Origin: Leucoraja erinacea
Lineage: Eukaryota
NCBI RefSeq assembly: GCF_028641065.1
Contig: NC_073384.1
Coordinates: 17,422,001-17,486,000, forward strand
DNA: 64,000 bases
Direction of reading: 5' to 3'
The translations under genes and the position numbers were made by a program. Shown piece after piece: positions 39,394 through 51,504 of this stretch. Under the pieces are notes generated by a model that had not been told where the DNA came from, did no database searches, and saw only the letters and a program-made list of their open reading frames with translations. How positions within the stretch are numbered: position 1 is the stretch's first letter; each line of letters opens with the position of its first letter.

Positions 39394-39414
39394 TTGCTTC
39401 ATTCATCTGCAACA
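39394..39414 (-). CDS. Putative 21-nt heptad micro-exon of the butyrophilin/BG-like gene (downstream of the TAA)
   Basis: CCCCAG|TGTTGCAGATGAATGAAGCAA|GTGAGT; phase 1-1, reads VLQMNEA. 21-nt cytoplasmic exons are typical of BTN/BG/MOG genes. Confidence 0.5.
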
Positions 39415-39520
39415 CTGGGGAGCGGACAGTCTTGTGGAAATTAGAATGGTAATGTATGGACAGCTTATTCAAACCCCCTCACGAGAGATTTGATGTACAG
39501 AACGTGATTCCCTTTGGTAA

Positions 39521-40684
39521 TCTATATAATTAAAAGTCTCAAACTGACCATTTCCTGTCTGCACTGTATATTGATTTTAGAAAGAATGCTACCATATATT
39601 GTTATGATTTTTGACCCTCTTACTCACAGTCCTCCTCCACTGATCAGGTCCCGAGGATTTTTCCCATTGATGAAAAATAGAGTTATGACATTGAGATTCT
39701 CTCGCCTGTCAATCACCACGGTGAAGGTAATGCCCCTTCCGGGGGGGTGGGGGGGATGGGCAGGACTATAAAACCCCGGATGCCTAGACGTGACTCAGAC
39801 ACTCTGCAAGGTCGTGAGGGAGAGGTCACGATTCATTCTAAACTGGGAATCTACTGAACTGTGAGTCTGCAATGTATTTGAATAAATGATTTGTTGGCCC
39901 TTAATGAAAATGAAATGAGTTGTTTGACCTGCTGCCCTGCCTGTACTTGAAACTGCAATGCTTAATTAGATACAACTGCGTCTGGTTCAAAAGTCCCGCT
40001 CATTTCGTGACTTCCGCTTAGTGGACAGGCTGCATAATTTCCGGTGAGTGCAGAGGTCGCGCAGATTGTGGATGTGCCGCTGACTGCCGAGGCCCCAAAG
40101 TAGCGAGCCGTGTGGGTAAATTCAAGAGAGTTTACTGCCATATATATGGTGTGTGAGTCAATTAGTGTGAGTGTAAGTGTTTGTGTGTGTGTGTGTGTGT
40201 GTGTTCGTGAGTGTATGTGTGTGTGTTTGNNNNNNNNNNNNNNNNNNNNNNNNNNNNNNNNNNNNNNNNNNNNNNNNNNNNNNNNNNNNNNNNNNNNNNN
40301 NNNNNNNNNNNNNNNNNNNNNNNNNNNNNNNNNNNNNNNNNNNNNNNNNNNNNNNNNNNNNNNNNNNNNNNNNNNTGTGTGTGAGTGTTTGTGTGTGAGT
40401 GTACGTGTGTAAGTGTGTGTGTGAGTGTGTACATGTGTGTGAGTGTGTGTGTGAGTGTACCTAATAGGCAGGAATGGCTGCGCAATCGGATAGCCACCAA
40501 GAGTGCACGGGGGGGAGGTTGAGGGGAGTTGGACTGAATGCATGGGGGGGGGGGGGGATGACAAAGAGCAGAGTGGAGGGGTGAAGGGAGGGAGGGGTGA
40601 CAGAGTGAACTGCCACCACACCAGCTGTGAGTAAGATTGGAGACAGTGCTGGCCAATATGCACTGCACTAACACAGGGTTTAGT
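39521..40684 (+). mobile_element. Possible Helitron-like non-autonomous element with internal (TG)n
   Basis: Starts A|TCTATATAATTAAAA like the 46101 element. Contains a TG microsatellite and an N-gap. 3' end (TTTAG|T) uncertain. Confidence 0.35.
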
Positions 40685-41078
40685 GTTACAAGGAGAGGAT
40701 ACACAGTCTCTATATTCCCTCCATTTAGCAAAATTGTAGCGTTTGAAAGTATTAAAGGTCTTCAAAGATTAAATGGTGGAAAAAAAATTCCTCTGAGCTC
40801 GAGGGCATGACCTTGGAGTCAGATGGCTCAGGGTTGTCAGAAATCGTAAAAAGGGCAATGGGAAGCTTTCCCCTCAAGCTAAATCCTGGGGGTCAAATGG
40901 AGTGTTCAAGAAATCAACAGATTTGAAGGCATGGCTCATGTGGAAAATGGAACGCAGACATGCATGAGAAACAGATTAGTCATCATATAAACAAATGACG
41001 GAATGGAGCCGAGGCATAAATGGCCTCCTCCGTCACAATGAGCAACAGTGAAGACTTTGATCTTGACTGCATACATAC

Positions 41079-41183
41079 CTTTACAAAATTGTTACCAACT
41101 CCAATAAATTGCAACGGTCAAGATCACAGAGCAGACAATAGTCCCTGCTGCACCAGCTGCGATATGCCAAGGTGACCCTGGAA
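41079..41183 (-). CDS. Butyrophilin/B7-like Ig gene: transmembrane exon with in-frame TAA after the helix
   Basis: CCTCCCAG| acceptor, AAAG|GTATGT donor, 105 nt, phase 1-1. Encodes FPGSPWHIAAGAAGTIVCSVILTVAIYWSW*QFCK with the stop at 41094-41092. Confidence 0.75.
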
Positions 41184-41344
41184 CTGGGAGGGGTGGGCAG
41201 AGAATTTAAATATAATTACTACATGACTATGAAGCACAGAAACTGTTGAGTACACCAGCATTTTTTAAACCACATAAATAACTTGCACTTAAATTAAAAT
41301 CAGGCCACAGAGATATCTTGGCCAGAGTCACCCTCCTGGGTTGG

Positions 41345-42320
41345 CTCTCACTGTTTCCAGGAGAACTGGTTGAGGCTCGTCAATTGGTGGCACAGTACCA
41401 GAGGAATGCTCTTGACGTTAGCCAAGAGAGAGGCCAGGCCAGTCATTGTCAAATCGCAACTCAGTCAAGTACATTGTGGCTGAGCATAAGGTTGGCTTGG
41501 CAACACAGAGTCTCCCGAGTTCTCAACCATCAACATCCTGCAGGGTGCCACTGGAAGAAGCCCAACTGGATCAGCCACATATATACTGCGGTCACAAGAG
41601 GAAGTCAGAGGCTGGTGTCTTGTGAGAGTAATTCACTCCTGAAACAAGTCTTTTCAGCCGCCATAAGGCACAGGAATATGCTGGAATACTCGCACTAGTC
41701 ATTGATGAATGCAACTCGAACAACTCTTGAGAAATTCAGCACTACAGAGGGCAAAATAATAATGTAATAAAAATGAACTGGAGATGCTGGTTTATACCAA
41801 AGATAGACCCAAAACGCTGGAGTAACTCAGCAGGTCTGGCAGCATCTCTGGAGAAACTGGACATGTGACTTTTTGTTTGACGTCATCTATCCATTTTCTC
41901 TGGAGGTGCTGCCTGACCCGCAGAGTTTCTCCAGCATTTTGTGTCTATCGCAGGACAGAATAGTCCGCTCAGTCGTCACCCTATTACCCAACCCAAACAT
42001 TCTCATTACCAGTGCAACATGGCTGCAGTATGCATCATCTATAGAGTGCACTGCAGGTATTATCACAGACATCTCCTGCAGCAACTCCCACATCTACTAC
42101 CAAGATGGACAAGATGCAGCAGATGTATGTTCTCCTTCCAGTTGCATTCCATCCTGACTTGTTACGACATCACCATTACTTAATCAGGTCTAAGCCCTGG
42201 ATTCCCCCCCCCCCCCAACAGTGAGAGCTCCTTCACCAGAAAAACCCCAGTGATTCAAGAAGGCAGCTCGCCTCCACCTTCTGGTCAATAAGAAATAGGC
42301 AATAAATGCTGGCCTTAGCA
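41345..42320 (+). mobile_element. Old CR1/L2-group LINE remnant interrupted by a palindromic repeat (41770-41950)
   Basis: Degenerate NWISHIYTAVTRGSQRL...RNMLEYS peptide and a tail containing AATAAATGCTGGCC. Confidence 0.5.
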
Positions 42321-43916
42321 GCATTATGCAGATCCTACAAATGAATTTGTTTTTTTTTTTAAAGTAATCGCAGCTAGAAAGATCAGTTTCAAAATAAGCA
42401 TCTCCTTTTATTCATTTTTATAAAACGGAAGTATTTGACACGTGCTATATTCTGAGGCAAGGGTGTTATTATTCATTCTATGAAAGCAGATCTTGCATAT
42501 TTCCCTCTGCCACACTTTCACTGCATTTCAGTGGATACTGGCTTGTGCTGTGATGTGGAAATGCAGTGGGCGAAGCTGCCTCCTCCTTGCTTATATGTTA
42601 ACTGATGTTTTTTTCGCAATCCGCAGCTGTTTTTAAATCTCTGATACTTGTTATTTTAAAACATTTATAATTTGCTCTAAACCTAGACTTGGGTTTTCCC
42701 AGGGTGCTCCGGTTTCCTCCCACATTCCATAGACACACCAGTTTGTAGGTTAATTGGCCGGTAAAAATTGTAAATTGTCCCTAATGTGTAGGGTGGTGCT
42801 AATGTATGGGGATTGCTGGTCGACGCAGGCTCGGTGGGCCGAAAGGTCTGTATCTTTAAACTAAACTAAACCTCTCCATTAATCGGCTCTGTGCTCTCCC
42901 TGCCCCATCTTCCTGACTCAACAGTTCCTCCTTCCATTTTGCCCATTGAACATCAAACAAAACAAACTATGTAACAAATTGCAGGACTGAGAGAGAGAGA
43001 GAAGGGTGAACCGCTGTAGTCCTTCTGGTGAAGGTGCTTCCGCCGACGGAGTTCTGGGATTTGCAGTGATGGTTATATATAAGAGCTATATATTTACATC
43101 AGGGTAATGTGACTTGGAGAGCATGAGATGGGAGGAAAATAAATATTACCCCTCTCAAACGGTTAAAAACAGCCAGGCCCTGTCTAATAAGAGAGCATGC
43201 AGCCCCATGAGCTTGTTCTGCCCCTTTGGGATCACAGCTAATCCTTCATCTCAACTAATTCAGAATCTTTCTGACACTTGATCACTCAATCCCAAGTACA
43301 TACCTCAGACTTCCCTGCAGGGAACTCACCAAACCACTTGACCCCTCACAAATTTCCTGCTCTCCCACGGCCAGTCCCTGCACCCAACTATTACCATTTG
43401 CAATGACTGCAGCAGCAGACGGAATACACCAGCTCTCCTCCTCCTCCCAGGTTTGTGTACATTGAGCAGCAAACAAAAACATTCCTCTTTCACCCAAAGC
43501 GACACCACCTTGATGCAGCCTGCACTTCACTAGTTGAAATGCTGAAGAATGCGCGGCAGAGAAAGAGGACTTGACCATTTCAGCGCCATTCAGGGCGGCA
43601 CAGCGGTAGAGTTGCTGCCCTGCAGCGCCAGAGACGCGATTCTATCCTGACTACGGGTGACTGTCTGTACAGTTTCTACGTTCTCCCTGTAACCTGCGTG
43701 GGTTTTCTCCGGTATCCTCCCACACGCCAAAGACATACAGGTTTGTAGGTTAATTTGCTTTGTATAATTGTAAATTATCCCTGGTGTGTGTAGGTTAGTT
43801 TAAGTGTGTGGGGATCGCTGGTCAGCACACAGAAGGGCCTGTTTCCGCACAGGTATCTCTAAACTAAAATTAAACTAAATTTCAGGCACCGTTAAAGAAC
43901 TTGCTTCCATACTCAC

Positions 43917-44202
43917 ACAGAACCACAAACACGAAGGACACTGTCTCGTTCAGGTGGCGATCCCTCATGGTGCAGGTGTAGTTGTTAATGGGCCCATGGC
44001 CCAGGCTTAGCACGCTCCTCATTCGGATGCTGCCATCTGTACTGTTCAGGTTCTCTGTGTGGGCGTGCTCGGTCAGCTGTATTCCCAGCCCGTTCTCCCA
44101 GGTCACCGACGGCTCTGGGAACCACCCAGAAGATTCACACACCAGCACAGAGAGGCCCTGGTCGGTCACGTGGGAACGAATGACTGGCGGCTGCACCAAT
44201 GG
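43917..44202 (-). CDS. Butyrophilin/B7-like Ig gene: IgC (CD80-like) exon
   Basis: CTCTTCAG| acceptor, T|GTGAGT donor. LVCESSGWFPEPSVTW...RSVLSL...NNYTCTM carries the BTN/B7 signature C-x-S-x-G-W-F-P-x-P-x-V-x-W. At 286 nt it is 1 nt out of frame with the main IgV donor. Confidence 0.88.
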
Positions 44203-44329
44203 CTGAAGAGGAAGAACAAACATCTGTAACACTCACACCCTGGTCATCTTCGCTCTCCCCCCCTCCCATCACGCAGAAGATTCAAAAGCTTGAAAACGCA
44301 TGCCACCACACTTTAACTTCCCTTCCTGT

Positions 44330-44575
44330 TCCGACACTGACCTTTCTGTCTTGGCCACCTTCATTGTCAGAGTGAGGTCAAATGCAAATTGGAGGAGCAG
44401 CATCTCATATTTTGTTTGGGCAGCTTACAACCCAGCAGTATGAATATCGATTAATCTAACCAAGTAATCTTTGCATCTCTCTCCGTCCCTCCCCAACCCT
44501 AGTCATCGTACTAGTTTCACTGTTGTCCTACATTGAAACTCATCAGGACAACAGTGAAACTAGTACGATGACTTG
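44330..44575 (+). mobile_element. Penelope-like element fragment (end of GIY-YIG endonuclease)
   Basis: SVLGHLHCQSEVKCKLEEQHLIFCLGSLQPSSMNID resembles the Penelope ORF C-terminus. Followed by a short inverted repeat (44500-44575). Confidence 0.6.
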
Positions 44576-46100
44576 GGTGGGGGAGGGATTAATGCTCCAA
44601 TTTGCGGCCTAACACCATGGATTGGTGCGGCCTTTCCTGGAGTCGGGCCCAGAGTTTCAGTAGCGGGTGCAACATGGACATTTCATCGCCGAGGATCCCC
44701 AGAGAAGCTCCGACTGCCGGCCTACAACATCCTGAAGCCGCGGTCTCCGGTAGGGAAGCACCGATCCAGGACTTACCGTGTCGACGAGAGGGCCTGTACA
44801 TCTGGCCGCTCACAGCGGCGACTATAAATCATAGATTTGGAACAAAAGATACAAGGGCAATGGGACATGAATTATTTTTATACGGAGAAGGGTAATGAGC
44901 TGGAACATACGCCCTGTCAAACAAAGGAGGTAGAGGGTGGGGGTGAGGAGTAAGGTCAATCAGGGATTGTGGAAGGGAACTGGATGGCATGAAGGAAATA
45001 CCTTGCAAGGTTGCAGTGAAAGACCAGCGGAATGGGTGTGACAGGATTACACTTCAAGGGCCAGCAGGGACTTGGTTGGTGAGCGGCCTCTCATGCTGTA
45101 GCAATTTGTTGAGATGATAAACCCTCATATGACTGTATCATGCCAGAGAATGAGCTACTAGAGGTCTGTGGTTAGATATCTATTAGATGTATCCAGTAAC
45201 AACATGACTGAGACAGGAGACTGCTGCTAATCATTCCCATGCTCCTGGAATCCTCTTCATTTCAACGTGACTCAGTATTAAACAATGTTAACGTCTCTGC
45301 TTGCCTGGCAGATGGCTCAGGTTGGAAGTACATTCCAACCTGTATGTAGATTCTGCTACAGTCAAAACCTGGACAGTAGAGTTTTTCACTGTAATTCAGT
45401 ACAGTTGACAACAATAAACCAATACCAAAACCAAGATGACAGCATGCAAAATTAACCAAGAAATTGAGTATAGGAATAGGAAGGTTATGCTGGAACTGTA
45501 TACAACACTGGTGAGACCGCAGCCTGAGTACTGCCTACATTTCTGATCACATTAAAGATAAGATATGATTGCACTGGAGCAGGTGCACAGAGTCATGAGT
45601 CTGTTACGAGGAGTAGGAAATAGTAGCTATGAGGAATAGCGGATAGGTTGTTGTTTGGCAGAGAAGATAGTTGAGCTATATACAGTCACAAAGCATTTAG
45701 ACAGACTAAACAAGTCCTGCTGCTAAAAACCTGGGAGGAAAGAGTAAATGTAATTTGTAGAAGGATAAAAAGCCAGGTGAAACAGTTCTTCTCACCCAGA
45801 AGGTGGCTGGCACCTGAAATTCAATGCCTGAAACAATGGAGGAGGCTGAAAGACATCAAAGTTAAGCAGGTCTAAAGTGTTTTTGAAATGACGTATCCTG
45901 CATGGTGACACCCAAGAGCTTGAAGGTGGTATAACATTACCACCAGCGGCCACTGCTCTAATTCAGGAATCACAACGTTTAAGTAGCAGTGTGATAATGA
46001 CTTTTATTTTTAAAAGGTGTTTATTGAAGGATCAGTACTGGGACCTTAGGGGTCACTGCCGGTTTGTCTGCTGCTTGTGTATATATATATATATATATCA

Positions 46101-47349
46101 TCTATCTATATAATATTAAAACTGTGTGTGTGTCTGGCAGTGTGGCTGTGTGTGTTTCTGGCTTGTGGCTGCCAGCCTTTGATTCGTTGCCACGACGACA
46201 CCCGACCCACAAACGCCCTGATTTTTTCCATTTCGATAGAGATTTCACTTTTCATTCCAAGTATCCACTCCTCATTAAATTTTGTCGTGTTTATGTACAC
46301 ATTTTTAATAAAATCCTTCTCCCCCCCCCACCCCACTCAATCATTTTGTCGCCTCCTGCTGGCCAGCGACCATAACGGCTGCTGGCGCCCGCATCTCGCC
46401 TCAAAGACGCCATTTAAAAACAGCCTCACTGCTGATTCCTGAGCCACTTTAGTTGGAGGACCACGTCTCCCGTGGGGGCTACGGGTAGGGAACGGCTGCA
46501 TTGGGGGAGCAGACCCAACTGCACTTGGTCTAGTATCTATTAAAACTGTGGGTGCGTGTGTAATCATACTGCTTGAAAAACGACGCTCTTACAATAACAT
46601 TTTTACATATTCCTGTGGAGTTTTATCCCGTGAAGTCAAAAATTTGGAGCTTTATATCTTGAGTTATTTATGAAAATGTTTAAAATCTGGAATATCTTTG
46701 AAAATAAACGAGCTGATGACGTCACAATGGGTCTGCTCGCACCACCCACTGCACTGTTTTCCACGCACTGCGAGTTACGTCACACCCCCCCCCACCCGAC
46801 TCGCAATCATTTGGCCGCCGCCGCCCGCCCGCGAGGGCCCCGCCCACTCGCAGTCGACTCGCACTCGGCAGGCCTTTCGCCCTGCCCGTAGCCCAGCCAC
46901 CCTTCCCCCGGGCTCTGGATTGAGGCCGCTGAACATGCATNNNNNNNNNNNNNNNNNNNNNNNNNNNNNNNNNNNNNNNNNNNNNNNNNNNNNNNNNNNN
47001 NNNNNNNNNNNNNNNNNNNNNNNNNNNNNNNNNNNNNNNNNNNNNNNNNNNNNNNNNNNNNNNNNNNNNNNNNNNNNNNNNNNNNNNNNNNNNNNNNNNN
47101 NNNNNNNNNNNNNNNNNNNNNNNNNNNNNNNNNNNNNNNNNNNNNNNNNNNNNNNNNNNNNNNNNNNNNNNNNNNNNNNNNNNNNNNNNNNNNNNNNNNN
47201 NNNNNNNNNNNNNNNNNNNNNNNNNNNNNNNNNNNNNNNNNNNNNNNNNNNNNNNNNNNNNGACGCCGTAGGCCGCCCCATCCCATCCCCCCCCCCCCCC
47301 CCAACCGCGCGTTGATGGGACGGGACCCAACGGGTCCCCCTTGGTCCAG
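46101..47349 (+). mobile_element. Putative tandem non-autonomous Helitrons (46101-46533 and 46536-47349)
   Basis: A|TC 5' ends with shared TATTAAAACTGTG. 3' ends TTGGTCTAG|T and TTGGTCCAG|T. Subterminal hairpin GGGACCC-AAC-GGGTCCC at 47322-47338. Spans an N-gap. Confidence 0.6.
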
Positions 47350-49085
47350 TATACATACAAAAATGAAAATTAAGACTGGTTAGTAAGTTTTCCAACGACA
47401 CATAAATTGGTGGAGTTGGGACAGTGAAAATGGCAGTAAAAAAATACAGGATATAAGTGTAGCTTAATCTGAGCAAGTGTGAGTTGTTGCACTCGGGAGG
47501 TTAAATGCAAGGACCCTTAACAGCTTTGATGTATTAAGACTTTCGGAGTTCAAGTTCACAGCTCCCTAAAATTAGCAACAGAACGAGATGAAATGGTAAA
47601 GAAGATGTTTGGTGAGCAGAAAATTGAGCGCACGAGTCAGGAAGTTGTGTTGCAGCGTTATATATTTTCAGTTAAGTTGCATTTGGATTTCAGTAAACCC
47701 TCGCTATAACGGACCACGGGGGGGAAATGGTATCCATTATTGCTGATTGTCCAAGATAACCGAGTAATGGATTATCATTGTATAAATAGTAGAAACAAGG
47801 AATTGCAGGAATTCCTCAAAAACAAGGAAATGCTGGTTATTACTCAAAAGGACACAACTTTTTGGAGTAACTAAGCAGGTCAGGCAGCATCTCTGGAGAA
47901 CATGAATAGGTGACGTTTCAGGCCGGATCCTTCATCACACTCGGTCTGGAACTGGGCCAGGAATCCATGCGAGTTGATGGCCCTAGCCTGTTGCCAGCTG
48001 GGGGAGAGGCCAGGATTGGCAGATTTATTGGTCGCAGCCCATGGGTGGATGGAATGCAGAAAACTGGCATTGGTGGTGGCAGCAGTGCAGACACAGCCTG
48101 GAAGCAGCCAGGAAAGCTGTGTGGGTCAGCGGTGGTGTCACACGGTGGTGTTCACCTGGTGATAAAGGTCACCACCATGGCCTTGAGGCAGCCGTGGTGG
48201 TGATGCAGGACAGGGGTGGCAGTGGCAGACTGGCCTGGCATTGAAGATCGGTACGTCCGTCCGCTATAACCAAAATCCCTTATAAAGTGGTCTGTAATAA
48301 CGAAGGCTTACGGCATTGCGTGCATTTCTGGTTGCCTCATTACAGGAAGGATGTGAAGGCTTTGGAGAAGGTGCAGTCTAGATTAAAGGATATTAGCTAT
48401 ATGGGGAGGATGGACAAATTAGAATTGTTTTCTCTGGAGCTTGAAGGCTGAAAAGAGACCTGATAGAAGTTTATAAAAGTGTGCAAGGCATTGGTAGGGT
48501 AGTCTGTCAGTCTTTATCTCAGTATGTAAATGTCAAATACTAGAGGGCATAGCTTTAAGGTTAAAGTTGAAAGTTTAGTTTAGCTTTGTTTAGTTTATTG
48601 ACACGTGTACCAAGGTGCAGTGAAAAGTTTTTTTGTTGCATGCTATCCAGTCAGCAGATAGACTACACATGATTACAATCAAATAGTCCACAGTGCACAA
48701 ATAAAGATAAAGGGTAGAACATTCAGTGCAAAATAAAGTCTGATTATTGATAGTTCAAAGGTGTCCAATAAGGTAAATGGGAGATCAGGACAGCTCTCAA
48801 AATGATGAGAGGACGGTTCAGTTGCCTGATAACAGCGAAGAACACTGTCTCTGAATATAAAGGAGATGCGCGGAGAAAGCTTTTTTGCACGTAGGTTCCT
48901 GAAACATGCTACCAGCAGTGGTGATGGAAGTAGATAAAAGCATTTAAGAGGGTTTTAGGCAGGCACATGGATCTGCAGGGAAGGATATGGATCACTTCTA
49001 GCTAGAAAGGATTAATTTAATTGGCATCATGTTTGGCACAGAGATCGCAGACTGAATGGTCTTTTTCCTATGCTGCACTGTTCCA
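47350..49085 (+). mobile_element. Old CR1 fragment with nested insertions
   Basis: Degenerate RT C-terminus and 3'UTR. Interrupted by a Tigger-like MITE (47691-48313) and a LINE-tail fragment (about 48590-48860). Confidence 0.7.
47691..48313. mobile_element. Tigger/pogo-like MITE with internal insertion
   Basis: Imperfect TIRs CAGTAAACCCTCGCTATAACGGACC ... GGTCTGTAATAACGAAGGCTTACGG. A related terminus TACAGTCTACCCTCG occurs near 7105. Confidence 0.55.
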
Positions 49086-49241
49086 CAAAGATCAAAAAAG
49101 ATTAATATCAATTCCAGGGCATCAGGAAAAGACAAGTTGAAGTGCACAGTGTTGGTTATTGGACTGCGATTATGTTACTATCTAATTAAATATTTATATC
49201 AACATACAACAGAAACACAAGGAGAGATTTGTTGCTCTTAC

Positions 49242-49571
49242 CTCTTACTCCTAACATAATGTGGGTCTCATTACTTTGGGTTCGACTGGAAACGCGAAGT
49301 CCATAGATTCCAGAGTCCAGAAGAGTCACGTTTCTCAGTCTCAGGAATATGTTCCCTTCACTGCCAAAAACCTCAGCTCGGTCTTGGGAGCTGGGATCTT
49401 GCTCTGTCTGGCTGATTGAATAGTTATAGATTATCGTCATGGTATCCAACTTTGTCCAACTGAGAGTAGTGCCGTTCGCTTCATCAGGGGAAGAATAATG
49501 GCACCGGGCAAGAAGATCTTCTCCAACCTTCACAGTTAGGTGGTCCTCCACACACTTCACCCCCACGTGAC
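49242..49571 (-). CDS. Butyrophilin/B7-like Ig gene: IgV exon
   Basis: TTGTTGCAG|GT acceptor, GAG|GTAAGA donor, 330 nt, phase 1-1. V-set motifs VKVGEDLLARC, LSW, QDPSSQDRAEVF, GNIFLRLRNVTLLDSGIY. Canonical F-strand Cys absent. Confidence 0.85.
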
Positions 49572-49886
49572 CTGCAACAAATGATATAGATGGTCATCGA
49601 GTCCATCCAAGCCATTATTAAATCCTAGCCAGTACTCTTGCACTAACCGGTGGAGGGAGCAGGATTAACATCAGTACAGATGCTTTCAATGACATGACAC
49701 TCGGGGAACAAGGGATACCTTGATTGTAGAGTGCTCTTGTAGACAAAGACAGGAGAATATATAATGGGGATGAGGAAAAGACTGTGGCATTAAACACAAT
49801 TTTACGCCCCTCTTCACTGTAGGAGATACACAGATATATCCAGAAACAGAGTGGGACTAAAGCACAAAAATATGCTATGAGAGATA

Positions 49887-51504
49887 GAGTGCATTCAGAA
49901 AGTATTCAGTCCCTTCACTTTTTCCACATTTGTTTCGTTACAGTCATATTTTAAAATGGATTACGTTCTTTTTTTTTAATGATCAATCTACACATAATAC
50001 CCCAGAATGAAGGTGAAAACAGGTGTTGGGAAATGTTTGCAAAGTAATTAAAAATAAATAACTCAAATATCACATTTACACAATTGTACAGACCCTTTGC
50101 TATGACACTCAAAATTGAGCTTAGGTTCATCCTATTTCCATTGATTATCCTTCGGATGTTTCTACAACTTGATTGGAGTCCACCAGTGGTAAATTAAATT
50201 GATTGGACATGATTTGGAAAGGCACACACCTGTCTATATAAGGTCACACAGTTGACAGCGCATGTCAGAGCAAAAACCAAGCCATGAAGACGAAGGAAAT
50301 GTCCATAGACCTCCGAGACAGGATTGTGTCGAGACATAGATCTGGGGGAAGGGTATAAGAGTATTTTTGCAACATTGCAGGTCCAGAAGAGCACAGTGGC
50401 CTCCGTCATTCTTAAATGGAAGAAACTTTGGAACCACCAGGACTCTTCATAGAGCTGGCCGCCTGGCCAAACTGAGCAATCAGGGGAGAAGGGCCTTGGT
50501 CAGGGAGGTGACCAAGAACCCGATGGTCACTCTGACAGAGCTCTAGAATTCCTCTGTGAAGATGGGAGAACCTTCCAGAACGACAACTATATCGGCAGCA
50601 CTCCACCAATCAGGCCTTTATGGTAGAGTGGCCAGACGGAAGCCACTCCTCAGTAAAAGGCACATGACAGCCAGCTTGGAGTTTGCCAAAAGGCACCTAA
50701 AGGACTCTCAGACCATGACAAACAAGATTCTCTGGTCTGATGAAACCAAGATTGAACTCTTTGGCCTGAATGCCAAGTGTCATGTCTGGAGGAAACCAGG
50801 CATCGCTCATCACCTGGCCAATACCATACCTACGATGAAGCATGGTGGTGGCAGCATCATGCTGTGGGGATATTTTCCAGCAGCAGGAACTGGGAGACTA
50901 GTCAGGATCAAGGGAAAGATTAACGGAGGAAAGTACAGAGAGATCCTGGATGAAAACCTGCTGCAGAGCGGTCTGGACCTCAGACAGGGGCAGGGACAAC
51001 AACCCTAAGCACACAGCCAAGACAATGCAGGAGGGGCTTCGTGACAAGTCTGTGATTGTCCTTGAGTGGCACAGCCAGAGCCCGGACTTGAACCCGATCG
51101 AACATCTCTGGAGGGACCTGAAAATAGCTGTGCATCGACGCTCCCCATCCAATCTGACAGAGCTTGAGAGGATCTGCAGAGAAGAATGGGAGAAATTACC
51201 CAAATACAGGTGTGCCAAGCTTGTAGCCTCATACCCAAGAAGACTTGAGGCTGTAATCGCTGCCAATGGTGCCTCAACAAAGTACTGAGTAAAGGGTCTG
51301 AATACTTATGTAAATGTGATATTTCAGTTATTTCTTTTTAATTACTGTAAAAAATTTTAAACACCTGTTTTCGCTTTTTTATTATGTGGTATTGCGTGTA
51401 GATTGGTGGAAAAAAAAGAATTTAATCCATTTTAGAATATATAGGCTGCAACGTAACAAAATGTGGAAAAACTGAAGTGGTCTGAATACTTTCTGAATGC
51501 ACTG
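49887..51504 (+). mobile_element. Tc1-like DNA transposon, near full-length, frameshifted transposase (about 50284-51288)
   Basis: TA-flanked long TIRs (GAGTGCATTCAGAAAGTATTCAG ... CTGAATACTTTCTGAATGCACTG). Motifs [44 protein letters not shown]. Confidence 0.95.

Noticed and set aside
43282-43578. ORF with a GTGAGT donor between the IgC and TM exons
   Set aside because: No convincing acceptor or domain, and IgC and TM already join in phase without it.
46698-47476. Long ORFs spanning N-runs (also 30829-31497 and 39962-40765)
   Set aside because: Their length is created by assembly gaps and microsatellites.
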